A DNA stretch of 64,000 nt from Octopus sinensis (taxonomy: Eukaryota): assembly GCF_006345805.1 (NCBI RefSeq), contig NC_043002.1:120218001-120282000 (forward strand), given 5' to 3'. Made by a program: the position numbers and the translations under genes. The notes below the pieces were generated by a model. The model searched no databases and was not told the DNA's origin. It was given only the letters and a program-made list of their open reading frames with translations. Positions 1 through 13,476 of this stretch are shown here, one piece after another (positions within the stretch are counted from its first letter, which is position 1; each line of letters begins with the position of its first letter).

Positions 1-232
1 AATACAAATTGCGGCAGATCGTATTTTCTGATTTGTGTCTAATTATAATAATTATTATTATTATCCTTTATACTACTTTTAAACAAAGCATTTTATGTTA
101 TTTGGTTTAACTTTTCCATCTTCCACTCTCTCCATCTCTCTCTCCCTATTTCTGTGGAAATATGTATATATATACATATACATATACATACATACATACA
201 TACACACATACATACATACATACATACATACA

Positions 233-309
<77 letters not shown>

Positions 310-1136
310 GTATATATACATATGACATATATCAATGAGCGTGTGTGTGTATGTGTGTGTGCATTTTTGTGTGTGTATGTGTGTGTGCATTTTTGTTTGT
401 GTATGTGTGTGTGCGCGAGCGTGTATGCGTGCAGGTAATTATGTGTGTATATTACCATAGGTAGAGGGAAAATAGATAAAAAGCAAGAGATGAAAACGAC
501 AAACAAAATGCCGCAAAATGTATTGTTTAAACGTAACATTAACGATAATTAGAATAAGCAGATTCAAAGAGGACAATACACGCATTATACATACATAACT
601 ACATACATATTATACATACATATTATACATACATATAAACACACGCACTCACACACACAGACGCACATACAAGCAGATTTTACGACAACACTGTGATTCA
701 TATCAAGTTGACATTTTTTGAGATGTGTTTCGTGCACTAAGAATGTTGCATGAAGTGTTGGAATTATGTACAAGAGATTTATCCTGAGAATATTTTCAGC
801 ATTATTTATATTTGTATGAACAGGACGAGTTGACAAAATCGCTACTGCGCCAGACAAAACGCTTAGCAGCGTTTCTGACGGTTTTACCTTCTGATTTCGA
901 ATTTCGTGGAGGTAGACTTAGCCTGTTGTTCACTGAGATTTGATAAAATAATAATCATACGAGCACTGCCGTTGATATAATCAACTAGCACCCACCACAA
1001 AGCGAAATTCAGACCTTGTGAATATAGACGAAATAATTGTTAATACTTGCTTGTATCATTACGTATATCACTGCGCATAAAGAATTGAATATTTAATCAG
1101 TAATGTTTCACATTTAAAAAAAATCTGAATATTTTC

Positions 1137-1167
<31 letters not shown>

Positions 1168-1232
1168 CAATAACAACAACAACACCGACGACAACGACGA
1201 TGACGATGATGATGATAATAATAATAATAATG

Positions 1233-1595
<363 letters not shown>

Positions 1596-1613
1596 CAACA
1601 ACAACAAAAACAA

Positions 1614-1654
<41 letters not shown>

Positions 1655-1682
1655 CAATAATAATAATAATAATAATAATAAT

Positions 1683-1990
1683 AGCAAAAGGGGCTGATTG
1701 CTACCTAGCTCAGATACCAGGAAACCCCAAAATGGCAGAAATTCAAAAGATAGTGCTTATGGGAACTGCCCATATCCTACGCAAAATACTTTCTATGTAA
1801 TCTCAAGTTTTAAAACAAGCACATAATTTTCTTATGGTTTCTTAAACATTCTCTAAAACAACACTGTGTACAAAACCAAATATATGGCACCCTAGGCATA
1901 ACACCAACACGAACTTCTAACTTGTTGTCTCTTGAGATCTCTGGGTGAGACTTGGAGGCAACTTGTACAAATGTAAAGCAAAAGTCAAAC

Positions 1991-1993
<3 letters not shown>
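1683..1993 (+). mobile_element. 3' end of an R4/Dong-like element in (AAT)n
   Basis: Encodes AKGADCYLAQIPGNPKMAEIQKIVLMGTAHILRKILSM* followed by a 3' UTR ending AAAGTCAAACATA(AAT)n. Confidence 0.8.
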
Positions 1994-2069
<76 letters not shown>

Positions 2070-2384
2070 AAGAAGAAGAAGAAGAAGAAGAAGAAGAAGA
2101 AGAAGAAGAAGAAGAAGAAGAAGAAGAAGAAGAAGAAGAAGAAGAAGAAGAATCCTTTCTACTAAAGCACAAGGACAGAAATTTGAGCGGAGGGGACTAG
2201 TCGATTATAACTACCATAGTGTTTCACTGGTTCTTAATCTATCGATCCCGTAAGGATGAAATGCAAAGTCGACCACAGCGGAATTTGAACTCAGAATGTA
2301 CCATAATTTGTTTACTTTCTGAATTTAGATTATGTCTGGCTTCCTGTTCTCTATCTCATGTTCGCACTGAATCATAAAATCCCA

Positions 2385-2469
<85 letters not shown>

Positions 2470-3165
2470 GTTATTATTATTATTATTATATAGCAAATTG
2501 CTGCAATCTGCATACATTGAATTCTAATTCATGTAGCGTGAATGCTCCGAATTTTGCAGTTTCCTCTATTTTATGGAATGATGTGCTTCATGAGATGTTT
2601 CTAAAATGACATATTTTTGTTAGAAGAATGTAATTGTGATTATCGAATACAAAAAATATTTTTGTCACGTAAATGATTCAAATCGGGATATTTTATCCCT
2701 ATATATATGCTATACTTCTGTGTGACAAATATCATTCTCATGATGTGCAAATATCTTTGATGAATTTGTACTTCGATCATAGTATTTTCTCTTGAATTTT
2801 TCGGATTCATATATCATTTGATGATCAAATTAACATCAAATGATCTTTTTTATGATCACTGAAAGAAAAAGCTTTTGAATAATCTGATAGAAACAGATAA
2901 CTAAACACTCCAAATATGTTGGTAAAGGAACGTGTGAACTGGTAATAGAAGACCTTAGAAAATTTAAACATGTATTTAGTTAACGGTTCGAAGCGAATTT
3001 GTTAAGTTCAAAACAGGTTCACAGAAGTTAGCTGCTTTAAGACAAATTCTCGCTGGTCGTGACAAGAGATTTCCTTCCAAACAATTGCTAATGGAATTAC
3101 CAGCTCATATGCAGATATTCATTAATGAAATCTGTATGTGAATATAAGCATGGTTTGCTCTAAAC

Positions 3166-3498
3166 TGTGAAGGCACATGGCTCAGTGGTTAGAGCGTCGA
3201 AATTACGATCGTGAGGTTGTGAGTTCGAATACCGGACCGTGGTGCGTGTTGTGTTCTTGAGCAAGACACTTTACTTCACGTTGCTCCAGTTCGCTCAGCT
3301 GTAGAAACGAGTTGCGACATCAAGCTGTATCGGCCCCTTTGCCTTTTCCTCGCATAACACTATTAGTGTTGAGAGGGGTCTGGTGTGCATGGGTGACTGT
3401 TAGTCTTCCATAAACAACCTTGCCCGGACTTGTACCTGGGAGGGTAACATTCTAGGTGCAATGCCATGTTTAGTCATGACCGAAGTGGGGTCTCAGCA
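3166..3498 (+). mobile_element. tRNA-derived SINE with a CORE-like domain
   Basis: A-box TGGCTCAGTGG, B-box GTTCGAATAC, GTGTTCTTGAGCAAGACACTT. 9-bp TSD GCTCTAAAC at 3157-3165 and 3499-3507. Related partial copies at about 23575-23685 (-) and 63900-64000 (+). Confidence 0.82.
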
Positions 3499-3632
3499 GC
3501 TCTAAACCATATTTATGGACACAAAACTCGCCAGAACAAATCTCCTTGTTTAACATAAACAAAAATTACGACCCTCTATAGTTGGATGAGAAGACCAGAT
3601 TCCTCTTCTAGTGTGTATATATCTATTTCTCG

Positions 3633-3668
<36 letters not shown>

Positions 3669-4617
3669 AATGTGTGTGCGCGCGCCTGTGTCTCTGTTTG
3701 GTTTAACCTATTCTAAATGAGTTAATATGATGCACAATACAACATGCCCGATAAATTATAACATTAAAGAGTAAATCGAATCATGACATAAGTTTCAACT
3801 ATTGATATGGAGCAGAGTTTCGCAAGAGAGAAAATCGCGTGAAATAATCATAAAGTCGTAAAATACTCATTTAGCATCGAGGTATATTTGTCCTTTTAAA
3901 CCGAATTAACGACTTTTTTCATCAGTTAGTTTAAGCAAACGGCAGAATAGTAATTATCCGATTAGATACGTCCTTGCAAGACAAACCCAACGTATGGTCC
4001 TTGTGTGCATTCATAGGTACTTACATGTATACTTAAGCATATGCGTGTGCCTAATATACATACACAGACAGACATAATTATAAACACAACCAAAGATTCA
4101 CATACAGAAATATACATACGTATATTATGATTTTATGAGCACTTACAAGGCAAACCAAGTATTTTAGAACATAATATATTCAATTATTGTGTAAGAGATA
4201 CACGCGCAAGAATTAATACATGCGTGTGTGTGTGTGTGTGTGACTGTATACACATACATACATACAGACAGACAGATAGATAGATAGATAGATACATACA
4301 TATATACATACATCATTTAAATATATATGAGCATTTATAGATATGCAACTATATGCATAAGAATACATACATAAAACAAAACATACAAATATGTACACAT
4401 ACATACACACATACACATACATACATACATACATACATACATACATACATACATACATACATACATACATACAGAAATACCATGTTGATGTTGAAATTCC
4501 AATGAAGGAACCTTGACTCTAGGTTAGATACCGGCTCTTTCTCTTTTGGCAAGAAATCTTGAAATAAAACTGAATAATGACATACATACATACATTAAAG
4601 AGTAAATCGTTGGAAGA

Positions 4618-4810
4618 TTGTTGAGAAAGATGAAACAGTCTTCTCAAGACGAAGTTGTGTTTCGCGAGACCAGACATGTTTTGCTTTATGCAGTGCAATG
4701 TCAGAAACGCTGCACACGAGAGGAATGCATACGTCAGTCGGTTCTTCCAGGAAACGAACTTTTCATTGACTTGTGGAGGGCCTACTCTCGTATTTCTTTC
4801 TTTTCGTATT
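4618..4810 (+). pseudogene. Merlin/IS1016 (ISXO2-like) transposase fragment
   Basis: RETRHVLLYAV...IRQSVLPGNELFIDLWRAYSRI resembles the ISXO2 pattern ERETxxxFLxxV..I..xILPGxxIxTDxWRAY. Confidence 0.5.
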
Positions 4811-5552
4811 GTTTACATGCATGTTCCAAAATTTCAAATGATTTCATTCATTAAAACTTAATGATTAAAACTTCTATGTGTCAGTCAAGTTTCTCGTATC
4901 ACGGACAAAATACCAGCTTCCAAATCCTCATTTCTGATTGGGTAAAAATGATCAAACTTAAAACCTCTGTAATATTTTTCTAAAACACTTTTGAAACAAG
5001 GGAATTATAAAATTAGCCAACTTTGAAGATTTTCACTTAATTTCAAAAATGTTTTAAACTGTGACAGCAACTGAAAATATGTAATTATTTATAAAATTTA
5101 TACTATGAACACTATAAATACTATGTTATGGCTTATCAGACTATTACTATAAGTATTTGTCTTTTGAAGATGTAGTAATTATTGAACACCATTACATAAC
5201 TAATACTATAAAAGCCAACAGTAATGAATTAATGAATCATATAAAAATGGAATGTTGCAATTAATTAGTTATGTTTTCACTGTGATTTCATTATATATAC
5301 ATAAAAGCATATATACACACACATACACACATGCACGCACATACACATAAAACAGTAGCTGTCACCAGATATGTACAGACACAAAAAATGTCGATGACAA
5401 GCGTAAGCAATCGCTCACATAAACACACATGTAAATACGGACACACACGTATACGATCACACATGCAAAATACATTTACAAAGTATTTTTCGAGTAGTGA
5501 GACTGAATTCAAAGCTAGTTGTGGTATGAAAAACTTCCACCGCACACACACG

Positions 5553-5592
<40 letters not shown>

Positions 5593-5859
5593 GACTCACA
5601 CGAATATATATACACACACACACATTCATGTACGCCCCCCCCCCCACAAACACACATGTACACACGCACAAGATGAACTCACGACACTAGTCATCAGTTG
5701 TAGCAACGGATTAGAGACAAACTCGCGAAGGCCTTCAGACATCAAGCCCGCTACCAGCGATCTCTAGCGACATTGCACCAACGCTACAGAAGCGACAACA
5801 GCTTTCTTCTCTACTCCAAGCTCGAAGAGGTAGTTGACAGGGAGCTGTTAATTCACCGC

Positions 5860-6290
5860 AATAAGCGTCTTCGATATCAGAATAATCATGAAACCTAGAT
5901 AATCAATCACTTTAATTCCTACCAGGCAATGAGGGAAGACGACTCACTGGTCGACATTTCTACAGGAAAGTACACTGGAGCTAAGATGCCCGATTTCATC
6001 AGTTTATTTATCCTAGCTACCCTACGGAAGCGCGCAAACATACCCGTACCTCAGTCCTGTGTGGAGATGATTGTCTGGCAATAAGAAGCCATATGGCCTA
6101 CAACGTCGGCGGCAAGTTCAGGAAGGATATCATATAGATATTCAATGAATTCGGCCTCTATATATTAGTTACACCCAATTTGACAAAGCTCGACTTCTTG
6201 GACGTAACCCTAAACTTCAACTGTTACAGAAAGCTCAGCAAGGAAACTGTTTCTGTTCTCATGAACTCCGGCCAGCCCCGTAATTAGAAG
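5860..6290 (+). pseudogene. Old degenerate Penelope-type RT fragment
   Basis: Manual translation across stops and frameshifts gives DIRIIMKPR, VDISTGKYTGAK..FISLFIL, GDDCLAI and KFRKDII*IFNEFGL..PNLTKLDFLDVTLNF. The last part is homologous to the ORF at 46646. Confidence 0.7.
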
Positions 6291-6396
6291 AATTCTTAAA
6301 CTATCAGTGGAGAGAGAGAGATAGAGAGACCTTCCTAAGGGCTGCCACTCCACTATAACTGGGTACTAGAGAAGAGAGGATTCACTGAGATAAGGA

Positions 6397-6560
6397 ATTA
6401 TGTACGTTATTTAAATTTGAAAGATATTTGTCCTCATCTTGTTTGTTATTAACACACCGTTTCGGCTGATATATGACATATATGCCCACGAGCATATGGC
6501 GTAGTGGTTAAGAGCGCGGGCTACTAACCCCCAGATTCCGAGTTCGATTCCAAGCAGTAA

Positions 6561-6653
<93 letters not shown>

Positions 6654-6803
6654 TAATAATAATAATATTGAAAAATGCCTTATGAATGAGAACCCAGGTC
6701 CACCAAGACACCTGACGAAGGCTGGAGGGAATATTAGCCGAAACGTTGTGTTAACAAAAAACAAGATGAAGACAAATATCATCAAATTTAAATAATGTAA
6801 ATA

Positions 6804-6805
<2 letters not shown>
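6397..6805 (+). mobile_element. tRNA-headed SINE-like element with (AAT)n linker, hammerhead tail and an inverted partial tail at the 5' end
   Basis: A-box TGGCGTAGTGG 6497-6507, B-box GTTCGATTCC 6542-6551, (AAT)n about 6566-6667, HHR 6707-6752. Segment 6397-6472 is an imperfect reverse complement of 6731-6805. The 3' end abuts (TA)n. Confidence 0.75.
6707..6752 (+). ncRNA. Minimal type-I hammerhead ribozyme
   Basis: Stem I GACAC/GTGTT, core CTGACGA plus A, stem II GGCT/AGCC, GAAA, palindromic stem III ACGT, site GUU. Confidence 0.8.
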
Positions 6806-6870
<65 letters not shown>

Positions 6871-6905
6871 TGTATGTATGTATGTATGTATGTATGTATG
6901 TATAT

Positions 6906-7150
6906 GATAATAAATCTCTGAGCGAGGTATAAACAGTAGCCGCACGACATCGTGAGGTATATTTGCCAACTAAATGTGGCTAACCACTAAGGGTGGATAC
7001 TACTGTAGCTTGTAGCCCCAGGAGGACACTCCTCCAGCTGGCTATTGACACACTATCTGTGCCCTATCAGTATTTGCAAAGGGAAGTAATCGTTTCCATC
7101 TCCAGCCAGACGTGATACACACGGACCCGAGTTTCTGGTTATTGAACCGT
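6906..7150 (-). mobile_element. 5'-truncated copy of the 28.5-kb family, broken inside the hammerhead
   Basis: Colinear with 28520-28740. Retains GAAACTCGGGTC-CGTGTG but lacks the core and stem-I 5' strand. Flanked by TA/TATG repeats. Confidence 0.7.
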
Positions 7151-7182
7151 ATACATATATGTATGTATATATATATTTTTAA

Positions 7183-7214
<32 letters not shown>

Positions 7215-7324
7215 TATATATGAGTGTACGTGTGTGTGTTTTTGTGTGTAAGTATATATATGTATGTATGTAGATATATACATATATATGCGTATGCGTA
7301 TATATAAATATGTATATATATATG

Positions 7325-7765
7325 TACACTGATTTGACTCTACAACACTGTATATAAATCCCCTACTGGGAATGAACAAGTTTAAAAATCTGCTGGATCT
7401 CACTCATAAGGGAATCTTACATTGCTTATAAACTCTATATTTGGAACGACTCATATTAAACTCTGTTGGAATTTTGGATTTTACTCAAAGGATATTGGAA
7501 TATTGCATATATACTATTATGCCTATAAAACGGATTTACAAATTCAATACCTATACATATCTTACATCAATTTTCTTTCCTCCACCTCACCCTCTATTTT
7601 GTATCACATCTAAACTATCTATGACTTAATTTTTCTCTCACACTGTCTCCGATAAAGGTGATCTTATTAATTAATATCCTAGAAACAGCTGTAAGACCTT
7701 CTATCTATAAATGCTCTAATATCTATACAGCCTTGGTTTCTTATCTCATTACGCAAAAAATTCTT
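7325..7765 (+). mobile_element. pLTR-like insert in (TA)n with a decayed hammerhead at 7645-7697
   Basis: GTCT CCGATAA AGG..CCT A GAA ACAGCTGT A AGAC. Palindromic stem III; core has U4C and G8A. Confidence 0.55.
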
Positions 7766-7958
7766 ATATGTATATATATATATATATATATGCAAATTCA
7801 TATATGTGTGTGTATCTATATAGGTATGCATACATATATAAATTCTTCGAGAAAATAATGATTAGTAAAATATATGCATATACATACAAATATATACACA
7901 TATATATATACATAGATACACATATATATGCGTATATGTATCTATCTATCTATCTATC

Positions 7959-7989
<31 letters not shown>

Positions 7990-8061
7990 TATACATATAT
8001 TTGTATATTTATATACATATACATAGATACACATATATATAGTGCATATGCATTTATATGT

Positions 8062-8121
<60 letters not shown>

Positions 8122-8147
8122 TATACATATATATATTTATACATACA

Positions 8148-8209
<62 letters not shown>

Positions 8210-8978
8210 TTGTATATTTATTTATTTATTCTCTGCACAAAATTTGTTCAGGTTTATTACCTGTGTTGCTCCTTATACTTGAATGAGAATAACAACAGAC
8301 ATTAGTTTAAATAAGATTTCAAAAGAAATACATTTTTGCCCCAAGAATATTTCTAACTTGATTGTCATGATAAAGAATGTGCTTATTAATTATGATATCT
8401 CTGGAGACTTAGATGTATGTTAATATGAAATAAGTTGGGAAATTTCGTAAATAGGTATATAACTAGGTCATATCTGCAAAACCTTCATATATACATGTAT
8501 ATATGTATTTGTATGTATCTGCATTTCTTTCTGTATAAAATATCTTTATCCTTTTATATCTATCTCTATCATTTAACTACTAACATATCGATCGACGTAA
8601 ACATTAGTCTACGTATATATGCATGTTCGTATTGTATATACGTAAGAGCACACACTGTCTATAGATGTTAGCACAAAGAGATAGAGGGGTAGATACCTCG
8701 CTAGATAGGAAGATAAAGATTACTAAATATATGAAATTTCAAGAGTTTGTTTTAGCACCAATGTCATACAAAATTGATTCAAGTATAAGCATAAAACACA
8801 CATTAGTATATGTGTGTGGGTGTGTGCGTGTGTGTGTATGAATATATAAAAATACAGAAAAATTTATAAATTTATGTGTGTAGTGTGTATACATGCATAT
8901 ATATATATTTATATATATGTTTATGTACATCTATTAATATATACATATATATATATATATAGTTACGTATATACATCG

Positions 8979-9010
<32 letters not shown>

Positions 9011-9255
9011 CGTACAAATTTTAAATACAGTCTTACGAGCTGTCCACAAGTCCTTGGGTTTGTGGGTGCGAAACCTTGGATAAGTGCAAGATAGATGATT
9101 ATGTTATAACAGTTACTGCTCTATTCTTTAGAGTGTTCTTTTCTGATATATGTTCTTCTATTAACTATATACGTAGTTATGTATAAATTTATCGATTCGT
9201 CTGCATCTGCAGCTAGCTATTTCGAGATTTGTGTATCTATATACATATAAAGATA

Positions 9256-9305
<50 letters not shown>

Positions 9306-10080
9306 CATACATACATGCATACATACATACATACATACATACATACATACATACATACATACATACATACATACTACATACATACATACATACATACATG
9401 TGAAGGGGTTAAGCGTTATGCGTATTCTATTGATATTCTTCAGACTTAGTTTTAGATGGTTAACGCAAGTGATAATACTCCAAAGATCACTCCTGCTGTT
9501 TTGTTTCGTAGTGCTATCTTAAAGTAGAGGAAATATCATTTGTTCGTAAACTTAATTCAAATTTCTCCACAAATAACCTTGCTTTCATTCTCTTCAATAT
9601 GTAAGGAAATTTATAGTTCAAATGGATAATTTATCTATATTGCTATCATTTAACAAACTGTTATATTCAACGTAATATTGTATTATATTTGTCATTTTAA
9701 GCAGTAATTCCGTTCAGAAGAGGAAACTAGGACCAAAAACATCGCTTGAACCACGTATATGTTACTAACCGAATGACTGTATCGCTGTGTTTCTTAAATA
9801 GAATTTTAGCTTTTATTTGTTTCATTCATTGTGTTGCGGCTACCTGGAGCACCACCTAAAAGGTTTTAACCGAACAGTTCTTTAGATTCTGATACTTATT
9901 CAATCAAAATCTTTTGCCAGACTGCTAAGTTATGGAGATGTAGATAAACTAACATCGATCGTCAGGCATTGGTAGTGGAGAAACACATACACTTACAACA
10001 AAGAAACACTCATTCTCTCCTCTCTCGCTCTCTCGCTCCCTCTCTCTCTCTCCCTCTCTTACACACACACACACACATAT

Positions 10081-10676
<596 letters not shown>

Positions 10677-11786
10677 TATGCATGTATGCGACGGAATTTT
10701 TTACTTTCCTGCAACCAAATTAACTGAGAAGCTTTTGGTCAACCCGGAGCTCTTGTAGTAGACACTATTCTATTATGCAAATAGTGAGACTGAACCTGAA
10801 ACCGTGTGATTGGGACGCAAACACTCCCAACTTAGAGCGAGCCGGGACCTCTAATATGAAAAATATATCAATAGTATCCTTTTTACGATTGAAAATTTTT
10901 CTGGGAAATATCCTTACATTTCTATATACATATTCTTAATGGTTTTATTAATTATAAAATAGTCCTTTAAATCCTCCTTTCATTTATGAAACCATATATA
11001 TTTTGTTTTCAAGCATAGAATTACAAAGTAATATCTTCAAATATGCATACTAATCGCCATAATGGACTAGATCAGTATTTGCCCTGGTTCATCTGAGCTA
11101 TTAAGACCAAGGACCAGATATAGTTGCGAAACATCACATTGAAGCAAATGTTACTCAACACCTCTGCTAAATATCTAATACAAGACCAATGACTGTACCT
11201 TGATCAGCTGAGTCGTTTTTTTTTTTTTATTGTCTAAACGGTACTCTTAAACAGTATTGTCAAATGACAATTAGACAAAAATATCAGAACTAGAAAAAGT
11301 AGCTCTCATGAGTTACTGCCCACATTTTTAGAAAATCATTTTCAACCTGAAAGCATTTTAATTGCTTTAACTCTTTCAAAATTTCAAATATTGCAACAAC
11401 ATTTTACTGAAATCTTAACTCTTTGTATTATTTCTTCGTTTCCTGCAAAATATCATTGCAATGCATAACACCAATAATAAAGCGTCCAACTTGTTCTCAT
11501 CTGAGTTCTGTAGGTGAAACCTGGTATAGTTCGTATAAAACAGATAGTAACGTAAATAATAATAATAATCATTTCTACTATAGGCACAAGCCTGAAATTT
11601 GAAGATGAGAGAAGTGAGGGATAGTAGAGGACATCGAACAGTGCACAACTAGTACTTATTTTATCGACCCAGAAAGAATGACAGGCGAAGTCGACCTTGG
11701 CGGATTTTCGGCTTAGAACATAAAGACATCCGCAATGCCGCTAAGCATTTTGCCCGGCGGGTTAACGATTCTGCAAGCTCGCTGCT

Positions 11787-11835
<49 letters not shown>

Positions 11836-11837
<2 letters not shown>

Positions 11838-13372
11838 TCCCACGAGTTGAATAGATTAAACTACGGTTACAATATGTTTGATACGATCATCTTACACTTG
11901 CTCAACATACATGATTTGAAATTATGTGTAAAAGATGACACCGATCACAGATGTCTACTAGGAACTGTGAAAGAATTCAGTGATGACATCAATATGGAAT
12001 TTAGTCTTGACATATGTGTAAAGACTACATTCAAATGCGGTAAACTGACAGCTAATACCGCGACCCAGCTTGTTAATGATACATCTCTCAAAGACCTAGA
12101 TTAAGATGGTTTTTATATATATCTTGGTGTAAACGAAGGGTAAGGAATTCAGCAAGGGTCAGTGAAAGAGGAGATCAGGAAAGAGTATTATAGAAGTGTA
12201 AGAATGGTCCTGAATACTGACCGGAACTCCTAAAACAGAATTGCAGCTATAACCTCCCTGACGGTACCTGTTGTCCAGTATAGCCTTAATGTCATCAGCT
12301 GGAATCTAAGTGAACTCCAGTGTATGGACATAAAGACCAGGAAACTGCTGGCTCTAAACAGGATGCGTCACCCAAAATCAGACGTCCACAGGCTCTTTCC
12401 CCCACGAAATGCAGTAGAGGCCTCATCCATCTTCAAACATCCTATAAAACGACCTACGATAGGTCTCCAAATGCACATCGAAAGTAACACCGACTAGATG
12501 ATACAGCTGATAAGATGACACGCACAGAGTAAGAAATTGCTTTCAATCATGTATAAGGCATATAAAACGATAACTTAACTGCCTTGATTATGATGATCAT
12601 AATGAGGTTAAACCACCAACTAAGGCATCAACAAAAGCCAAAGAGGAGAGCTCGAAGGAACGTCGCGACTGTGACAAGAAAAACAGTTGCATGAACAATA
12701 TTCCAAATGAGCTGGGAAAGGTAATGTAGATATGAGAAGAACCCATCAGTGGCTGCAAAGCACTGATTTAAAGTCCGAAACAACGATTTATCCTAGCGGC
12801 ACAAGATCACAGTCTCCCCACTCAGAACAACAATGTCTTGCACAATGAGGTAGACACAATCTTGACAGTATTGATCACATTATTGTCGGCTGCTCATTTC
12901 TTGTCCCTACAGAATATAAAACCAGGCATGATCGATTTGGCCAATACTTACACTGAAACGTATGCTGTCACTATGATGTTCCGCACCCTAAGAACTGGAA
13001 TAACCACCATCCAAAGCCAGTGACAGAGGGAAAAAATGTTGCCATCCCATGGATACATTTAGAAAGGCCAGTCATCTTCATCAATGACCTAATACAAAAA
13101 ATGTCGAAACACAAGGACATTGAGATTGACATATCTGGAACGTGGCAGTTAAAAACCAAAACCATCCCTCTTGTTGTAGGTGCCCTTGGAATGATCAAGA
13201 AAGGTACTGACAAATAATATATGACCAGATCCCTGAGAAACCAACAATCTACGACACTTAAAAAATTGTATTGACATCAACCACTCGCCTTCATTCCATC
13301 TAATATACACATGCCTTAGGTTTCTGGTTGAGTCCCAGTCGAAAGATGAAATGAAATCCAAATCAATTGAAA
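11836..13372 (+). mobile_element. Degenerate 5'-truncated R4/Dong-clade non-LTR retrotransposon (RT plus restriction-like endonuclease)
   Basis: LHLLNIHDLKL..VKEFSDDINMEFSLDIC, YLGV..IRKEYYRSVRMVL, KTRKLL..HPKSDV, DHIIVGC..EYKTRHD, KMSKHKDIEI..TIPLVVGALG. Flanked by (AAT)n at both ends. Confidence 0.85.
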
Positions 13373-13399
13373 AATAATGACAATAATAATATTAATAAT

Positions 13400-13476
<77 letters not shown>

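Noticed and set aside
79-857. Many ORFs rich in YI/CV/HT/poly-I/poly-Y across the window
   Set aside because: They are translations of microsatellites, not genes.
6491-6560. tRNA-like sequences here and at 3170, 38298 and 39828 as tRNA genes
   Set aside because: They lack complete cloverleaf acceptor stems and continue into repeat bodies, so they are SINE heads.
9032-9080. HHR-like CTTACGA..GAAACCTTGGA with a long stem II
   Set aside because: Stem I does not pair and U16.1 is missing; at most a relic.
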